Assembly: GCF_964188315.1 (NCBI RefSeq)
Contig: NC_135662.1
Location: 29,450,001-29,514,000 of the forward strand
From: Podarcis muralis
Taxonomy: Eukaryota
Length of the DNA stretch: 64,000 nt
Direction of reading: 5' to 3'
Positions 63,205 to 64,000 of this stretch are shown piece by piece. The notes below the pieces were generated by a model. It saw only the letters and a list, made by a program, of their open reading frames with translations. It ran no database searches and was not told the origin of the DNA. Each line of letters starts with the position of its first letter. Position 1 is the first letter of the stretch. Made by a program: the position numbers and the translations under genes.

Positions 63205-63260
63205 TTACCATTGGCTAATCTTTTGAGGGTCACATGTTCAGGGTTTCTTTTTAAAGTCAT
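63205..63260 (+). promoter_or_regulatory. Probable core promoter of the FABP4-like gene
   Basis: Inverted CCAAT (ATTGG, about 63210) and a TATA-like TTTTTAAAG (about 63248-63256), roughly 100 nt upstream of the ATG. Confidence 0.5.
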
Positions 63261-63351
63261 CATCTGGCTGTATAGTAGAGGTGCTGTGCTCTTTGTGGTG
63301 CTTAGTTAAACTTGTAAGAAGTTCCTCAGGAGACTTAGTTAATCCTACACC

Positions 63352-63424
63352 ATGTGTGAACAATTTTTGGGAACCTGGAAGCTTGTTTCCACTGAAAAAT
63401 TTGATGACTATATGAAAGAACTTG
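63352..63424 (+). CDS. FABP4: Adipocyte-type FABP (FABP4-like), coding exon 1 only; gene continues beyond the window
   Basis: 73-nt exon MCEQFLGTWKLVSTEKFDDYMKEL(G) followed by GTAAGT. The MC- start, position and strand fit FABP4, but one exon cannot exclude another paralogue. Confidence 0.75.
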
Positions 63425-64000
63425 GTAAGTAGGAAGCAATATTTTTTGTGGGTTTGGTTATGATGCTGAGTTTTTTGCTTTAGTTTTTTTATGTGTGAAA
63501 ATACTTTTTCCCCAGCCACATTGATAACTAAAAAACAAATTATCAGCTTCTGTTCTGTAAGTATATAGTTCTGAATTTAATATTAAGTTGCTGAGTTTAC
63601 TGGATTTAGACTTCTTTAATAAAGTGAGAGTCTGGATGGAATGCTGTAACTCAAATCAAGTTGTTGTTGCATAATCCTATGCATGCTTATTAAGCAGGTG
63701 CCACATTGTTATTTTGAATGATTTCCAAGTAAATTGCATGGTAATCCTAAAGAAGCTTATTAAGTAGTAAGACCTATTGTAAGCTCAGCCCATTTTCCAC
63801 ACAAAGGCTACAAGGGTACCATTTTTATCTGTTAATTTTTCTGTTTTTTAACTAGTACTAGAAAAAAGTCTGTAACACGGGACTATTCAAAAAATCTACT
63901 TAAAGTGTTTATAGTGCTAGGCCATTTTTTAAAAACTTATTGAAATCCTTTCTACTCATTACCATTTAATCATGTTGCTGAACTGATAGCTACCTGAATA

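Overview
Vertebrate genomic DNA, inferred from its repeat content to be a squamate and probably a lacertid lizard. It covers the region syntenic to human 8q21 (CHMP4C-ZFAND1-IMPA1-FABP cluster). I reconstructed four complete spliced genes by hand from GT-AG boundaries and reading frame: CHMP4C (- strand, 5 exons, 218 aa), ZFAND1 (+, 8 exons, 268 aa), IMPA1 (+, 8 coding exons, 278 aa) and an FABP9/FABP12-like gene (-, 4 exons, 132 aa). Exon 1 of an FABP4-like gene (+) lies at the right edge. The rest is intronic or intergenic and rich in transposons: Sauria SINEs, L2, CR1, BovB, L1, Tc1/mariner-type and hAT MITEs, and solo LTRs, many with readable target-site duplications (TSDs). Almost all ORFs in the supplied track are spurious. 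Best leads: (1) an intact FABP paralogue in the FABP12 slot but inverted relative to the human arrangement, with mixed FABP9/FABP12 character, a retained nuclear-import triad and an Arg at an export-signal Leu; (2) CHMP4C lacks the 15-aa segment carrying the Aurora B abscission-checkpoint site S210; (3) SLC10A5 is missing from its human position; (4) an hAT MITE carries telomere-motif tandem repeats between the two FABP genes. Comparisons to human proteins are from memory and need confirming by alignment. I found no unambiguous new biological system.
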